Below are positions 34,747 to 48,384 of a stretch of 64,000 bases of DNA, one piece after another (within the stretch, counting starts at the first letter, position 1; every line of letters starts with the position of its first letter). The notes beneath the pieces are model-generated. The model worked only from the letters and a program-made list of their open reading frames with translations, was not told the DNA's origin and did not search any database. Position numbers and translations under genes: made by a program. Origin of the DNA: Chiloscyllium plagiosum (taxonomy: Eukaryota); assembly GCF_004010195.1 (NCBI RefSeq), contig NC_057757.1, forward strand, positions 4,427,049-4,491,048. Direction: 5' to 3'.

Positions 34747-37450
34747 AATTTAATTAGTCAGACAGTATCACACTCCAATAAAGCTGTGATCAATCCATGC
34801 CTCTCTATGTATTGATTATTTCTGTCCCTCAGAATTTCCTCCAATAATTTCCCCACTACTGACATCAGAATAAATGCCCTGTAATTAACTGACCTATCTC
34901 TGCTGCCCTTCTTTAACATAGGAATAACATAGGCCTCAGGCCAAATCTATTCTCACCCATTGCAGTTGGCCCTAATTAATTTCTCCATTTCATAGCTAAT
35001 TTACGAGAGCATTTGTACCAAAGTTTGCTAATCATGGCGGATACCAAGTGTACACCAGTGGACCAGGTGATGAGGCACGAATGAATCCGATTATTGCATT
35101 GATAGAAACCACACTTGGGTTCAGGACATTCATGAAGTGATAAACAATGTGCAAAGGAGATACTCACTCAACGAGGAACACCATCAGGTTGTTTACCATC
35201 TACCCCAGGGAACCGCGGGTTTGTGAAGATTTTGAGGTAATGATTTTTGGCATTGCTTATATCTAAACTAGGGCAGAGTTTGAGCTCTTTAGGTAATGAA
35301 CCCCTGGCCCAGTGATGCTCATGGAATAAGTCTAAAGGTTACTTGCCTCATTCACCGGGCCTCCCTACCCTCACTCTATTACAGCACTAATCACTGGGCA
35401 GGAGGAACAGGAATAGGTCATTCAGCCCCTCCATTCTGGATCAGGACTGACCATCTCTTAAACGTCACTTTCCCGCAATATCCCTCAGTCTCGTCGGTTG
35501 GCAGAAACTGTTTGCTTTCTGTCTTGAAACTGTTCATTGCTTGAGCTTCCCTCTGTGGTACAGAATTGCGAAAGTGGAACAAATCCGGTGGGTGGGTCTG
35601 AACAAGTCTGATCCTTTCCCTCTGTGTGAAGGTTATTGTGGAGCTGAATCTCCGACATACTCCTGAAACCACGTGACTTTTCCCAAAGCACCTTGGTGCA
35701 AGTGCTGGAGAAACACGCTCAGACATTGTGCTCAAGTTCCATATGAATGGTTATCTCAGCGTTATTAGCACCTTTGTCCCAGGAGAGGTAGGGATATCAG
35801 TGTCACTGGACTCACATCCCAGACTAACGCTCTGAGTCTGACCAACACGGGAACTTAGGTGAGAATCCATTGAAATGGTGAACTTCAAATGATTTGAATT
35901 TAAAGCTAATCCAATTGCAACCTCTTAACATTAATGTTGCAAAATGAGACAAGAATTTGAAATGTTTCAAGAGGACTCAAGGAACAAACTTGGCAATTTT
36001 GACATTTGTCTTTATCTCTGTTTTAAACCTGCCACTTCTTACACTAAAACTGTGACCTCTCGCTCTAGATTACTCCACAAGAGGCAAATTTGTAAGGAGA
36101 TATCAGCTATCTGTAAGAAAATAGGGTGGTTATGGTAGGGGATTTTAACTTTCCAAACGTAGACTGGGACTGTAATAGCGTTAAGGGTTTAGAGAGAGAG
36201 GAATTTCTTCAGTGTGTACAAGACAATTTTCTGATTCAGAATGTGGGTGTACCTACTCGAGAAGGTGCAAAACTTGACCTACTCTTGGGAAATAAGGCAG
36301 GGCAGGTGACTGAGGTGTCAGTGGGGGAGCACTTTGGGGCCACTGACCATAATTCTATTTGTTTTAAAATAGTGATGGAAAAGGATAGACCAGAACTAAA
36401 AGTTGAAGTTCTAAATTGGAGAAAGGCCAATTTTGACTGTATTAGGCAAAAACTTTCAAAAGCTGATTGGGGGCAGATTTTCATAGGTAAAGGGATGGCT
36501 GGAAAATGGGAAGCCTTCAGAAATGCGATAACGAGAATCCAGAGAAAGTATATTCCTGTCAGGGTGAAAGGAAAGGTTGGTAGTTGCAGGGAATGCTGGA
36601 TGGCTAAAGAAATTGATGGTTTGGTTAAGAAAAAGAAGGAAGCATATGTCAGGTACACACAGGATAGATCAAGTGAATCCTTAGAAGAGTATAAAGGCAG
36701 TAGGAGTATACTTCAGAGGGAAATCAGGAGGGCAAAATGGGGACATGATACAGTTAAGGAGAATCCAAAGGGTTTTTACAAATACATTAAGAACAAAAGG
36801 GTAACTAGGGAGAGAATAGGGCCTCAAAGATCAGTAAGGCGGCGTTTGTGTGGAGCCGCAGGAGATGGGGGGAGATACTAAACAAGTATTTTGCATCAGT
36901 ATTTACTGTGGAAAAGGACACGGAAGATATAGAATGTAGGGAAATAGATGGTGACATCTTGAAAAATGTCCATGTAACAGAGGAGGAAGTGATGGATGTC
37001 TTAGAACGCATAAAAGTGGTAACTTCCCAGGACCTGATCAGGTGTACACTAGAACTCTGTGCAAAGCTAGAGAAGTGATTGCTGGGCATCTTGCTGAGAT
37101 ATTTGTATTATCGATAGTCACAGGTGAGGTGCCAGAAGACTGGAAGTCGGCTAGCGTGGTGCCACTGTTTAAGAAGGGTGGTAAGGACAAGCCAGGGAGC
37201 TATAGACCAGTGAGCCTGACCTCGGTGGGCAAGTTGTTGGAGGGAATCCTGAGGGACAGGATGTACATGTATTTGGAAAGGCAAGGACTGATTAGGGATA
37301 GTCAACATGGCTTTGTGCGTGGGAAATCATGTCTCACAAACTTGATTGATTTTTTTGAAGAAGTAACAAAGAGGATTGATGAGGGCAGAGCAGTGGGTGT
37401 GATCTATATGAACTTCAGTAAGGCGTTCAACAAGGTTCCCTGTGGGAGAC

Positions 37451-38335
37451 TGTTAAGACGGACCCGCGGGGGTCCCGTCTTTGCGTGTTCATACGGAAGG
37501 AGAGACTCACACTGGTAACTATGGTTAGACGCAGACAGCAGTTTATTCACAGAATCTTAACTGGTACAACGAATCTACAAGCATGCATTCGTTGGAGAAG
37601 ACATTCTCCCTTCCCGTTCAAACTTGACACAATTATACTTCGCGCTGCCTGGAGTCCCCGGTCAGTTCGCCTTCCCCATTGGTTCATTCATCTGCGCGTG
37701 CTGGGGATCCGTCCTCCTATTGGCCGCATCGAAGTGCCTGTCCAGCTCCTGCTGTGCTTGACAATGGCTCAGCCATCCCCGGGAGCGGTTCCGATCCCGT
37801 ATCCAATAGTTCATTGTTTCAAGGAATTACTATGCGTCTGACAGGCTAGCCATTTTCAATAGTTTCAGTTTAACTAAATTGTCAATTACACTTATCAACT
37901 TTAGACTTAAATAGAGCCATTTACCCTCAATAGTTACAGGTTCCGATAGAGCAATTCACACTTGTCTAACAGTTACAGATTCCGATCGGTTTCTTTATTA
38001 ATCCCGAGTTTCGATGGGGCAATTGATACTGGCTGGTATTTACAGGCTCCAAGATTTAATTAACATTATGCATATCCCTTACAAGCTCCAGCAGTCATGC
38101 AATCGCCTGCAGCAGCTCGCTTGGCTGTTGTTAACCATTTCAGGGCTGGAACTAGAAGTGTCCGTTGCAGAACTAGTGTCACCTCCCTAGCCCTACATTA
38201 AATACCCCAGTGAAATCTCCCCAACACTTGGAAGCTATACAGATGATAAACTAATTCTGCTGAGGTTACTGCTTCCCTGAACTAAAAAACTTAGTTCTCC
38301 TGCTGGAGAAAAAAACTATTTTCTTTGGAACCTTC
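37451..38335 (-). mobile_element. LTR fragment (ERV- or Gypsy-type) inserted into CR1
   Basis: Minus-strand order: CCAAT (37723, 37682), TATAA (about 37637), AATAAA (37547-37542), end ...TTAACA at 37451; CR1 sequence on both sides. Confidence 0.65.
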
Positions 38336-38938
38336 TATTTGAATGCGAGCATAAGAGGTACAGTTAGTAAGTTTGCAGATGACACCAAAATTGGAGGTGT
38401 AGTGGACAGCGAAGAGGGTGACCTCAGATTACAACAGGATCTGGACCAGATGGGCCGATGGGCGGAGAAGTGGCAGATGGAGTTCAATTTAGATAAATGT
38501 GAGGTGCTGCATTTTGGAAAGCAAATCTTAGCTGGACTTATACACTTAATGGTAAGGTCCAAGGGAGTGTTTCTGAACAAAAAGACCTTGGAGTGCAGGT
38601 TCATAGCTCCTTGAAAGTGGAGTGGCAGGTAGATAGGATAGTGAAGAAGGTGTTTGCTATGCTTTCCTATATTGGTCAGAGTATTGAGTGCAGGAGTTGG
38701 GAGGTCATGTTGCGGCTGTACAGGACACTGGTTAGGCCACTGTTGGAATATTGTGTGCAATTCTGGTCTCCTTCCTATTGGAAAGATATTGTGAAAGTTG
38801 AAAGGGTTCAGAAAAGATTTACAAGGATATTGCCAGGGTTGGAGAATTTGAGCTATGGGGAGAGGTTGAATAGACTGGGGCTGTTTTCCTGGAGCGTTGG
38901 AGACTGAGGGGTGACTTTGTAGAAGTTTATAAAACCAT

Positions 38939-39210
38939 GGGCGGCACGGTGGTTCAATTCCTGCCTCAGGCGACTAACTGTGTGGAGTTTGCACGTTCTC
39001 TGCGTGGGTTTCCTCCGGGTGCTCCGGTTTCCTCCCACAGTCCAAAGATGTGCAGGTCAGGTGAATTGGCCATGCTAAATTGCCCGTAGTGTTAGGTAAG
39101 GGGTAAACGTAAGGGTATGGGTGGGTTGCGCTTCGGCGGGGCGGTGTGGACTTGTTGGGCCGAAGGGCCTGTTTCCACACTGTAAGTAATCTAATCTAAT
39201 CTAATCTAAT
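38939..39210 (+). mobile_element. HE1/V-SINE-type SINE nested in CR1, with deletion in the tRNA head
   Basis: gggcggcacggtggttcaattcc joins the A-box and B-box regions; (TAATC)n tail; catg on both sides. Confidence 0.9.
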
Positions 39211-39684
39211 CATGAGGGGCATAGATAGGATAAATAGACAAAGTCTTTTCCCGGGCTGGGGGAGTCCAGAACTAGAGGGCATAGGTTTAGGGTGAGAGGG
39301 GAAAGATATAGAAGAGACCTAAGGGGCAACATTTTCACGCAGAGGGTGGTACATGTATGGAATGAGCTGCCGGAGGAAGTGGTGGAGGCTGGTACAATTA
39401 CAGCATTTAAAAGGCTGGATGGGTATATGAAGAGGAAAGGTTTGGAGGGATATGGGCCAAGTGCTGGCAAATGGGGACGAGATTAAGTTTGGATATCTGG
39501 TCAGCATGAGCGAGTTGGACCGGAGGGTCTGTTTCCATGCTGTACATATCTATAACTTTATGTTGACCTGTTGAGATTTTCCAGCAGCGTATGTGTCTGT
39601 TTTCGAATTTTATAAGTTTCTTTGAGAATCTCCCCGCATTTCTCCACCTCCAGTGAAGACAATCCTAACTGATTGACTCTCTCT

Positions 39685-39810
39685 CTGAAGAAGGGCTTAT
39701 GCCCGAAACGCCGATTCTCCTGCCCCTTTGATGCTGCCTGACCTGCTGCGCTTTTCCAGCAACACATTTTCAGCTCTGATCTCCAGCATCTGCAGTCCTC
39801 ACTTTCTCTC
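39685..39810 (+). mobile_element. Penelope family A terminal fragment with hammerhead-like motif
   Basis: CTGAAGA-A-GGGC-ttat-GCCC-GAA-ACGC-C-gatt followed by the family A tail. Confidence 0.7.
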
Positions 39811-40417
39811 TTCATAAGTCAGCCCTGCTATCTGCAGGGATCAGTCTGTGTTGCACTCCCTCCATCACCAGAGCATCCCTTCTCAGATAAGGAGACCAAA
39901 ACTGTCCACATTACTCCAGCTATTGTCTCAGCAAGGCCCCTACACAATTGCAGCAAGACATCCCTGCTCCTTTACTCCAATCCTCTCTCTATGAAGGTCA
40001 GCATCCCATTTCCCTTTCTCACTGCCTGCTGCATTGGCAATGCCTAGTTTCGGTGACTGGTGTACAAAGGCACCCAAGTGTAACTATCCTTTCCCAATCT
40101 ATCGCTAGCCAGAAAATAATCTGCCTTCCTCTTTTTGCTACTCATTGTAGTTTAGAAGATTGAGAGGAAATGTTATTGAAAGGTACAATGAATATACAGC
40201 ATGGAAAAGCAATACCTGATGATACATTTGTCATTTGCAAATCTATTCCATGGAGACTCTGAGATAATCTCTTGGTGCTGCCGCTTGCAAACAGTATAGA
40301 AGCAGCTTAATTACCCAGCTGGGGAGCTCCTGCAGTATTAAAGGTTCTCTCTTGAATCAGCAACTTACCACTGTCCATGAACCTGTCACAGCCAGACGTT
40401 GTGATTTTTTTAAAAGT

Positions 40418-40487
40418 ATGTATGAAACATTTATCGACCTAGTCTATGCTTTTTATTACCCTCTCTTGGCTGCTGTTGGAGTTCCTG
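40418..40487 (+). CDS. GPR139/GPR142-like GPCR gene 1, exon 1
   Basis: MYETFIDLVYAFYYPLLAAVGVP+G, donor G|GTGAGT in phase 1; in-frame upstream stop at 40265 with no earlier in-frame ATG. Confidence 0.88.
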
Positions 40488-41397
40488 GTGAGTGTACGGC
40501 AGAATTTACCAAATAATTGAATCTGGGGTGAGCTGCATTGCCTGCATGGTAGACAAACTAAAATCCCAATTTAGTTTGGGATTATAGTTGACATGGACTG
40601 GTTGGATCAAAGGGTATGTTTCTGTGCTGGATGACTCTACAACTCGGCACATCAGATACAGGTAGGATGTTTTTGAGAACCAGAGAATTTAAGATGAGGG
40701 GTGAGGATATGTGGGAAACCATCGAGGAACTGAAGTAAGGAGCAATGTCTTCAATGAGAGAGTGAGTTGACCTACAGAAGATAGGCTGCGGTGGTTTAAG
40801 AAGGCAGTTCACCACCACCTTCGCAAGGGGCAACTAGGGACGGGAAATAAACGCTGGACCCAGCCAGCGAGACCCACACCCCACAAATTAACTTTTTTGT
40901 AAAAATCGAAGATGACAAAACAGATAAAGAAAGCATTGAATTAAATAAATGGATCCCGGAGTTTAAAATAGAGACACAAAGTGAACAAGTGAAGCCTTTA
41001 TAGAATATTGGCTCCTTCCTTACTGTACCCAATTTCAGCAACAGGTTTTATGAAAGATGTAGAGGTACGAGGTAGGAGATGAAGGCGCTGTGGGAGGGAT
41101 TGAGGGATGTACTAGGACATTCCAGCTTGAACAACTTCGTTGTATGGAGAGGCTAGGAAGGTTGGGTAATGCAAAACCTGGAAGAATTGCAAGGAGGCCA
41201 GTGTGGAATTCCAGAAGGTCATTGAGAAGTTGTCCGAGTGGGTGGGCTGATGAAGTTTGATGAAAGCATTCAAAGCCATAAGCTGCACAGACAGAATAGA
41301 TGGGGGGAGGCTGTACTTATTGGGAGCAGGGATGGGCACTAAAGGAGACCAATATAATTGAATAGTGAAACGTTGACAATGATTTGTGCAGAATAAA

Positions 41398-41750
41398 AGG
41401 GTGCCACGGTGGCTCAGTGGTTAGCACAGCTGCCTTACAGCATCAGAGATCTGGGTTCAATTCCAGCCTCGAGCAACTGTGTGGAGTTTTCATGCTCTCC
41501 CCATGTCTGCGTGGGTTTGCTCTGGGTGTTCCGGTTTCCTCCCACAGTCCAGAGATGGACAGGTTAGGGTGGGTTTGCCATGCTAAATTGGCCACATTGT
41601 TCCAGGAACTTGCAGGCTCGGTGGGTTAGCCTTTGGAGGTGCAGGGTTATAGGTTGGAGGAAAGTGGTTCTTGGTGGGCTGCTCCTCGGAGGGGTAGTGT
41701 GGAATCAATAGATTGAATGGCTACTGCCACACACTGTAAAGATTCTATGG
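41398..41750 (+). mobile_element. V-SINE-type SINE in GPCR gene 1 intron
   Basis: A/B boxes and V-domain core. Confidence 0.85.
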
Positions 41751-42857
41751 CTCCTTAAAATGTCTCCTTTCGCATGAGGAAGAGGATGACAATGTGCCTC
41801 ATAAAGACATGAAGCCACTGCACCAGCCATTGGATAGGATAGTAAGTAAAGATTAGACGTCCTGTCAGAACAGGATAAAAGGCAGAGCAGTTGGCCCTCG
41901 GTTTCCTCCCCTCCTCTCTGAGCATTTGTCCTGGTGCTCATTTGCCATTCAAATGTCATGGATGGAGCTTGACCGAGATTAGATGTATGGGATCACATGT
42001 ACAATCAGCGATTGGCACTTTCAAACAATGGAATCCCCAGGTAAAAAGAATATAAAAATCACAAGTTTTGTGACAGCTCGGAGAGATTCCGTTTTTTTCC
42101 CAGGAGGAAGAACGAGTCTCCCCGGCATGCGCATCTAAAGAAAAAAGAACAATAGATGTAGTTTTCCGGGAAATGGGAGAGGGAGAGCTGTTTTTGCACA
42201 GAGCTATCAAGGGCCTGGATGTCTCCCATTGGTATTGCGAACATTTCACGATTCAGGATTCAATGTGAGGATGGCTGGAGATCCTGTCCGTGTGATGTTG
42301 GTTGAGAGATAAAATGTTGGCGGTAACGCCATACACAGCTCTCCTTCCTCCTCTTCAAAGTGACATGAGACCATTCCAAAGGTGAAGCTTAAAATTCATG
42401 CCACGTTACTTCTTGACATCAGTCCCTTTGTGTGTCAGAGCTTTTCCCAACTAAATTCCTGAAATATCTAGCTCTGGTTAAAAATTGCAAAATCCCTCTA
42501 CTAACAGCAACAGTAGCTCCCTGTCTAGCCTGTCAGTTCCCAATAATACCTTGGCAACTTGCAGTGATGTGTGCACCTCTTGTATCACTGGGGTTTATTG
42601 TCCATTCATTGTTCTTGAGTCTATGGCAGACCTTCATCTGAAATATCATACAAATTCAAATCTTACTGGATTATTTTGGAGAGCAACAAAGGATCAAGCA
42701 TGATTTGATGAGTCTGCAGAAACATTTACAATTAACTAGAATCAAAGTTGAAAAGTGTGATGCTGGAAAAGATGCAGCAGCTCAGGCAGCATCCGAGGAG
42801 CAGGAGAGTCAACATTTCAGGCATAGGCCCCTCATCAGGAATCAACTTGAGTAATGG

Positions 42858-43168
42858 GCTGGGCGTAGTGTACTGGTTGCGGCAATGGGATGAGTAATTA
42901 GGTTAATATTCGGAGCATAAGATTTCAAATACCACCCTGACCATTGGTGATATTTCAGTTCAATAAAACTGGTAACCATGGCCAATTTTTGCAAAGACCA
43001 ATCTGGGTCCATAACACTCTTTGGGGAAGGAAATCTACTGCTTTCATCTGGTCTGGCCTATATGTGACCCTAGTCTGCACCAAATATGTGGTTGACTCTT
43101 AACTGACCCCTGGCAGTAAATGCTGGCCGGGCCAGTGACGCCCATATCCTGTGAAGGAATAAAGTAAA
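42858..43168 (+). mobile_element. DeuSINE-like SINE in GPCR gene 1 intron
   Basis: Same core as 28288-28622. Confidence 0.55.
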
Positions 43169-43756
43169 AACTTGGTCCATCACTTTCCCCATGGGACATT
43201 AGTGAACCAAATTAGCTTTATGGTAAGCCAACACTTTCCTGGTCACTATTACTGACATGAGCTCGCATTTCCACATTTTGTCATTTAATGTACTTTGTTA
43301 TTGCCAGATTTTTAAAAAAAGCAGTAGAGCTCATATCAGTGACTGTCTGATACACTTTTGCTGCATTCAATTTGTCATCATCCAAATAATACAATTCCAA
43401 GTGTTTGGTGAGATCATCCAGTGCTTGTTTTCCAGCTCAATACAAAAATGTCTACTACCAGGAATAATCATAGAAACATTTTCTCACTTAGTTTCTCACC
43501 TATAGTTGGGTTTTTCCTTTAAAGTGGACCAAATCCAGTCCCTAACATTCAAATGTATTCATGGGTGAGGGCTGCTGACAATGTGACTTTCCTGAACACA
43601 ATCCTACAAATCATTTGGCTTTGGATTGAATTAAGCAGCATAAAAGCAGGAGACTAGAGAGAAAATCGAGTAGAAGAGGATCTACTGAAAGTGCAATGTG
43701 CTATGGACCTGCTGTAGCTGACAGTTTGGTAACTTACATTTTATTTCACCTTGCAG

Positions 43757-44655
43757 TAAACTTGGTGGCGATATGGATACTACCTCAGGGAAAGTGCGGT
43801 CTTTCAAAATGTATCACGCTCTACTTGGTGGCCATGGCAGCTGCAGATCTACTGGTGGTGATTACAGAGGTGATTCTGAATCGCACTCTTTCCTTTTACT
43901 TCCCAGACTCTTCACTGGAAATCACTCCTGTGTGCAGCTGCATTATTGTCTTAATCTGTACAGCGAGGGACACATCGGTTTGGCTAACCGTCGCTTTCAC
44001 TCTCGATCGGTTCATAGCCATTTGTCACCAGAAACTGAAAGCAAGGTATTGCACTGCAAAGACAGCAACTTCAGTGATTGCAGTGCTGTGTCTACTGTTC
44101 TGTCTGAAGAATATCCCCTGGATTTTTAGTTTTGAACCTGCCTACATCATTGACAATGTACCATGGCAGTGCCAATCAAAACCCATCTTTTACATATTGC
44201 CCGTGTGGATTGCATATGACTGGGTACATCGGCTGCTAACCCCTGTGCTGCCTTTTATCTCTATTTTGCTTTTTAACGTTCTGACAGTCAGACACATTTT
44301 ACAGGCCAACAGAGTACGGAAAGGATTGTTGTCCAAGCAAGGAGGAGATCAGGTGGATCCAGAAACAGAGAACCGAAGGAAATCCGTGATTTTACTCTTT
44401 GCCATATCGGGCAGCTTCATCGCTCTGTGGATGCCCTATGTCATTAATTTCTTGTATTACCGAGTTACAAGCACTTATTATTACACAGGTCCAACTGACC
44501 CTGGTTATATTCTGCAGCAGATAGGTTATCTGTTTCAACTGTCCAGTTCTTGTACAAACACGTGCATTTATGTTGTAACTCAGGTGAAATTCAGAGAGGA
44601 GGTGAAAAAGATTGTCAGCACTCCATTTATGCCAATTCTGAAATTGCTTGAATAA
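43757..44655 (+). CDS. GPR139/GPR142-like GPCR gene 1, exon 2 (spliced product 322 aa)
   Basis: Acceptor tttcaccttgcAG, phase matches exon 1; hydrophobic 7TM pattern with YLVAMAAADLL, TLDRFIAIC, LTPVLPF, LWMP, NTCIY and KFREE. Confidence 0.95.
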
Positions 44656-45519
44656 AGATGAGGAAGCAAGTTATTGAGTGGTACGGAAATTGTGCATTCT
44701 TGAAAAAGATTACATTTTGATCACATGTTCATCAGGACAATTTGCAAGAGAGCCAATTCAGGAGAGAATTGACGTGATTGAAATTGGACTTGCCTCTTGA
44801 ATTGGTGTTCCTGCGAATCACCCTGATGTGTACAATGTGAAAAAAAGTCTTTGACAAATTGTGTTTTTTAAAGTATTACTGAAGAGTAAAGTAACTTGTG
44901 AGAATTAACTTGTTTATAAATCTAGATAACTGGAACTGCAAATAATCTGGCAATTGTTCAAGATCAGACCTTGTTGGAAAACAGTATTCTGTAAATTTCT
45001 GCACTACACATTGATTCACTATTTCCATGGCAACAGGTCTAATCTCAGCTGCATTCTGCAACACGATCTTTGCAACTAAACTCAAACTGTCCACAATAAA
45101 TCAGCTGAGGTCTGACAAGTGTTGTGCACAAGTTAAAACATCATCTCCCTCCTCTTGTACTCTATGCCTCTATTAATAAAGCCATGGACAGTGTATGTTT
45201 TGTTAACTGCTCTCTCCTGCCATTATCAATGATCTGTGTACATATACACACAGGTCCCTCTGCTCCTATACCCCATTTAGAATCATACCCCCTGTTTGAT
45301 ATTGTCTTTCAGTGTTCTTCCAACCAATCCCCACACTTCTCTGCTTTGGACCTCAGCTATCACCCATCCATCCATCAACTTATCAACGTCCTTTTGAAGT
45401 TTCACACTGTCTCCTTCACAGTTTGCAATTCTTCCAAGTGTTGCTCCATCTGCCAACTTTGAAACTGGCCTCAGCACACCAAGATTCAGCTCAATAATAC
45501 ACATCAGCAAGAGGTTTTA

Positions 45520-48270
45520 CAGGTAAGGCCGATGAACTCAGGGCATGTTGGAGAACATGGGATTGGGACATCATAGCTATTACTTGGCTGAGGGATGGAC
45601 AGGACTGGCAGCTCAAGGTTTCGGATTTCAGATGCTATGAAAAGGATAGAAATGGAGGCAAAAGATAAGGTGGCATGGTGTTTTTCATTAAGAAAGACAT
45701 TACTGCTGTAACTAGGGAAGATATTTCTAAAAACCATACAATGAAAATATATGGATTGAAGTTAGAAATATGAAAGGAAATATGGGATTACATTTTAGTA
45801 CCCCCTAATAGTGAGAGGGAAATTGTGGAACAAATATGGAGAGAGATCTCAGGTATATAAAAGAATAATGTTGAAATAGCAGGTGATTTTAATTTTCCAA
45901 ACATTAACTGGGGCGACCATAGAATTAAAGGTTTGAATGGTGAAGAATTTGTTACATGTGTTCAAGGATATTTTATTTGTCAATATGTAAATGTTCCCAT
46001 CAGAGAAAGGCCAAAATCTGACTTTCACTTGGGTAACAAGGCAGAGCAAGTGACTGAAGTGATAGTAAGGGAACACTTAGTGATCATAACTCTATTAGTT
46101 TTAACACTTTTTGGAAAAGGATAAGACTTCCATAAAAATTCAAGTTTTTAATTGGAGTAAGGTAAATTATAATGGTGTGAGGCAAACACTTTCAAAATTT
46201 GATTGGGGTAGACTGTGCGCAGGTAAATGGCCATTTGAAAAGTGGGAGGCTTTCAAAAATGTGCTGACCTTTGTTCAGAGTTTCTGTTCGAGTGAAAGGT
46301 AAGGCTGGTAGGATTATTGAACAATGGATAAATTACAATATCGGGGTTCTCATCAAGTATAAAAAAATAAAGGATCATATATCAGATACAGGCAATTGGG
46401 TTCAAATGAATCCTTTCAATAGTATAAAAACATAGGGTCATTCTGAAGAGGGAGATCAGGAAGGCAAAGAGGGGATATGAGATGGCCTTGGCAGATGAGC
46501 TTAAGGATAATCCAAAGAGATTCTACATGTACATTAAAAGCAAGAGAGCAACGAGAGAGAGAGTTAAGTCCCTTAAAGATCAACGACATTGTCTTTCTGT
46601 TGAATCTCAGGAGATGAGAGAGATAGTAAATGAATATTTTGAGTCAGTTTTTACTGTGGGGAAAGAAATGGAGGCTAGATAACTGCTGAGCGAAATAAAT
46701 ATTGATAATTTGGAAACAGTTCACATTACAGATAAAGAAGCTCTGAAGCTGTTAGGAAATACAAAGGTCGATAAATCTCCAGGACCTGATCAAGGGCATC
46801 CCAGGACGTTGTGGGAATTTAGGGAGGAAATTGCAGGGCTCCTTGCAGAAATATTTGTATCGTCTCTAACCACAGGTGAGGGGCCAGAAGACAGGGGGGT
46901 GACTAATGTTGCACCTTTGATGTAAGGAGAAGTCTGGGAACTATAGACCTGTGAATCTGACTTTGGTGGGTAAGCAATTGAAAGATCATATTTATATGCA
47001 TTTGGAGAGATGAGGAATGATTAGGGACAGTCCACATGACTTTGTATCTCACAAATTGATTGGGGTTTTTGAGAAAGTAACCAAGAAGATTGATGAGGTC
47101 AGAGTGGTGAATGTTGTTTACTTGGACATCATGAAAGCCTTTGACAAGGTTCTGCATGGTAGACTAATTAATAAAGTTAGACCATGTGGGATTCAGGGCG
47201 AGCTTGCCAATTGGATACAACATTGGCTATGTGGTGAGAGACAGAGGCTGGTGGTGGAGGGTTGTTCTTCCATCTGGAAGCCTGTGACCAGCGATGTTCT
47301 ACAGGGATTGGTGCTGGGTCCACTTTGGTTTGTCATTTATATAAATGATTTGGATTAGAATATAGGAGGCAAGGTTAGTAAGTTTGTGGACAACACCAAA
47401 ATTTGTGGTATAGTGGACAGTGACAAAGGTTATCTAATATTACCAAGAGATCTTGATCAATTGGCTTAATGGGCTAAGGAGTAGCAGATGGAGTTTAATT
47501 TTGATAAATGTGAGGTATGGTATTTTAGCAAGGCAAACAATCACAGGAATCATACAATTAATAGTTCAACCCTGGGTAATGCTAACAAACAGAGAGCCTT
47601 CGGGGCTCAGGTATATAATTCTTTGAAGTTTGCATCACAAGTAGACAGGGTGGTTAAGGAGATGTTTAGCACTCTTGCCTTCATTGCTCAGACCTTTAAG
47701 TATAGGAGTTTAGAATCATATTGAGATTGGACAGGATGTTGGTTAGGCCTCATCTGGAGTACTGTGCACAGTTCTGATTGCCCTGTACTGGGAAAGTTAT
47801 AATTAAACTGGAAAGGGTTCAGAAAAGAATTATTAGGATGTTGCCGGGAACAGCGGGTTCAAGATTTAAAAATAGATTGGGAATGTGGGAAGCTGAGGAG
47901 TGACCTTATTGAGGTTTACAAAATCATCAAGTGTATAGATAAGATGAATTCGAGCTTTTTTCCCCAATGGATGGGGGAGCTCAAAACCAGGACGTAGATT
48001 TTTAAGGTGAGAGGAAAACGTTTTAAAAATGACATGAGGGGAAACTTTTTTACACAGACAGTGGCTTATGTGTGGAACGACCTGCCAGAGAAAGTGATGG
48101 ATGCAGGTACAGTCACAACATTTAAAAGACATTCAGATAACTTCATGTGTAGGAAAAGTTTGGAGGGATATTGGCCAAGTGTAGGCAGGTGGGACTAGTT
48201 TAGTTTGCGAACATGGTTGGCATGGACTAGTTGGGCTGAAATGTCTGTTTCTGTCTGTTTGACTCTCTGA
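45520..48270 (+). mobile_element. Old CR1-type LINE ORF2 copy (about 2.7 kb, many stops and frameshifts)
   Basis: AGDFNFP, KSPGPD, KAFDKVLH, VLQGLVLGPL and RGNFFTQ motifs. Confidence 0.92.
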
Positions 48271-48384
48271 CTCTAGACACCTCTTCAGAAATTCTTCAGG
48301 GGAGTGTCCTAGGCCCAAACATCTCCAGGTGCTTCATCAATGATCTTCCATCCGTCATAATTACAATTAGTTTTATTGTCACAA

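Larger units (their letters stand above)
36080..39555 (+). mobile_element. Long CR1-type LINE ORF2 copy (endonuclease end plus RT), interrupted by an LTR and a SINE
   Basis: VMVGDFNFPNVDW, LDLLLGN, TDHNSI (APE endonuclease); YRPVSLTSV, QHGFVRGKSCLTNL, FADDTKIGG (RT); 3' UTR to about 39555. Confidence 0.96.

Noticed and set aside
36126..37518. 251-aa and 158-aa ORFs as host genes
   Set aside because: Frameshifted pieces of CR1 ORF2.
42120..42180. NRF1-like (gcatgcgcat) and ACTACA-like motifs in the GPCR gene 1 intron
   Set aside because: Partial matches only, with no CpG island or downstream exon.
43696..43756. N-termini of the single-exon ORF calls 43696-44655 and 53300-54235
   Set aside because: These residues are intronic polypyrimidine tract; the true N-termini come from exons at 40418 and 52568.
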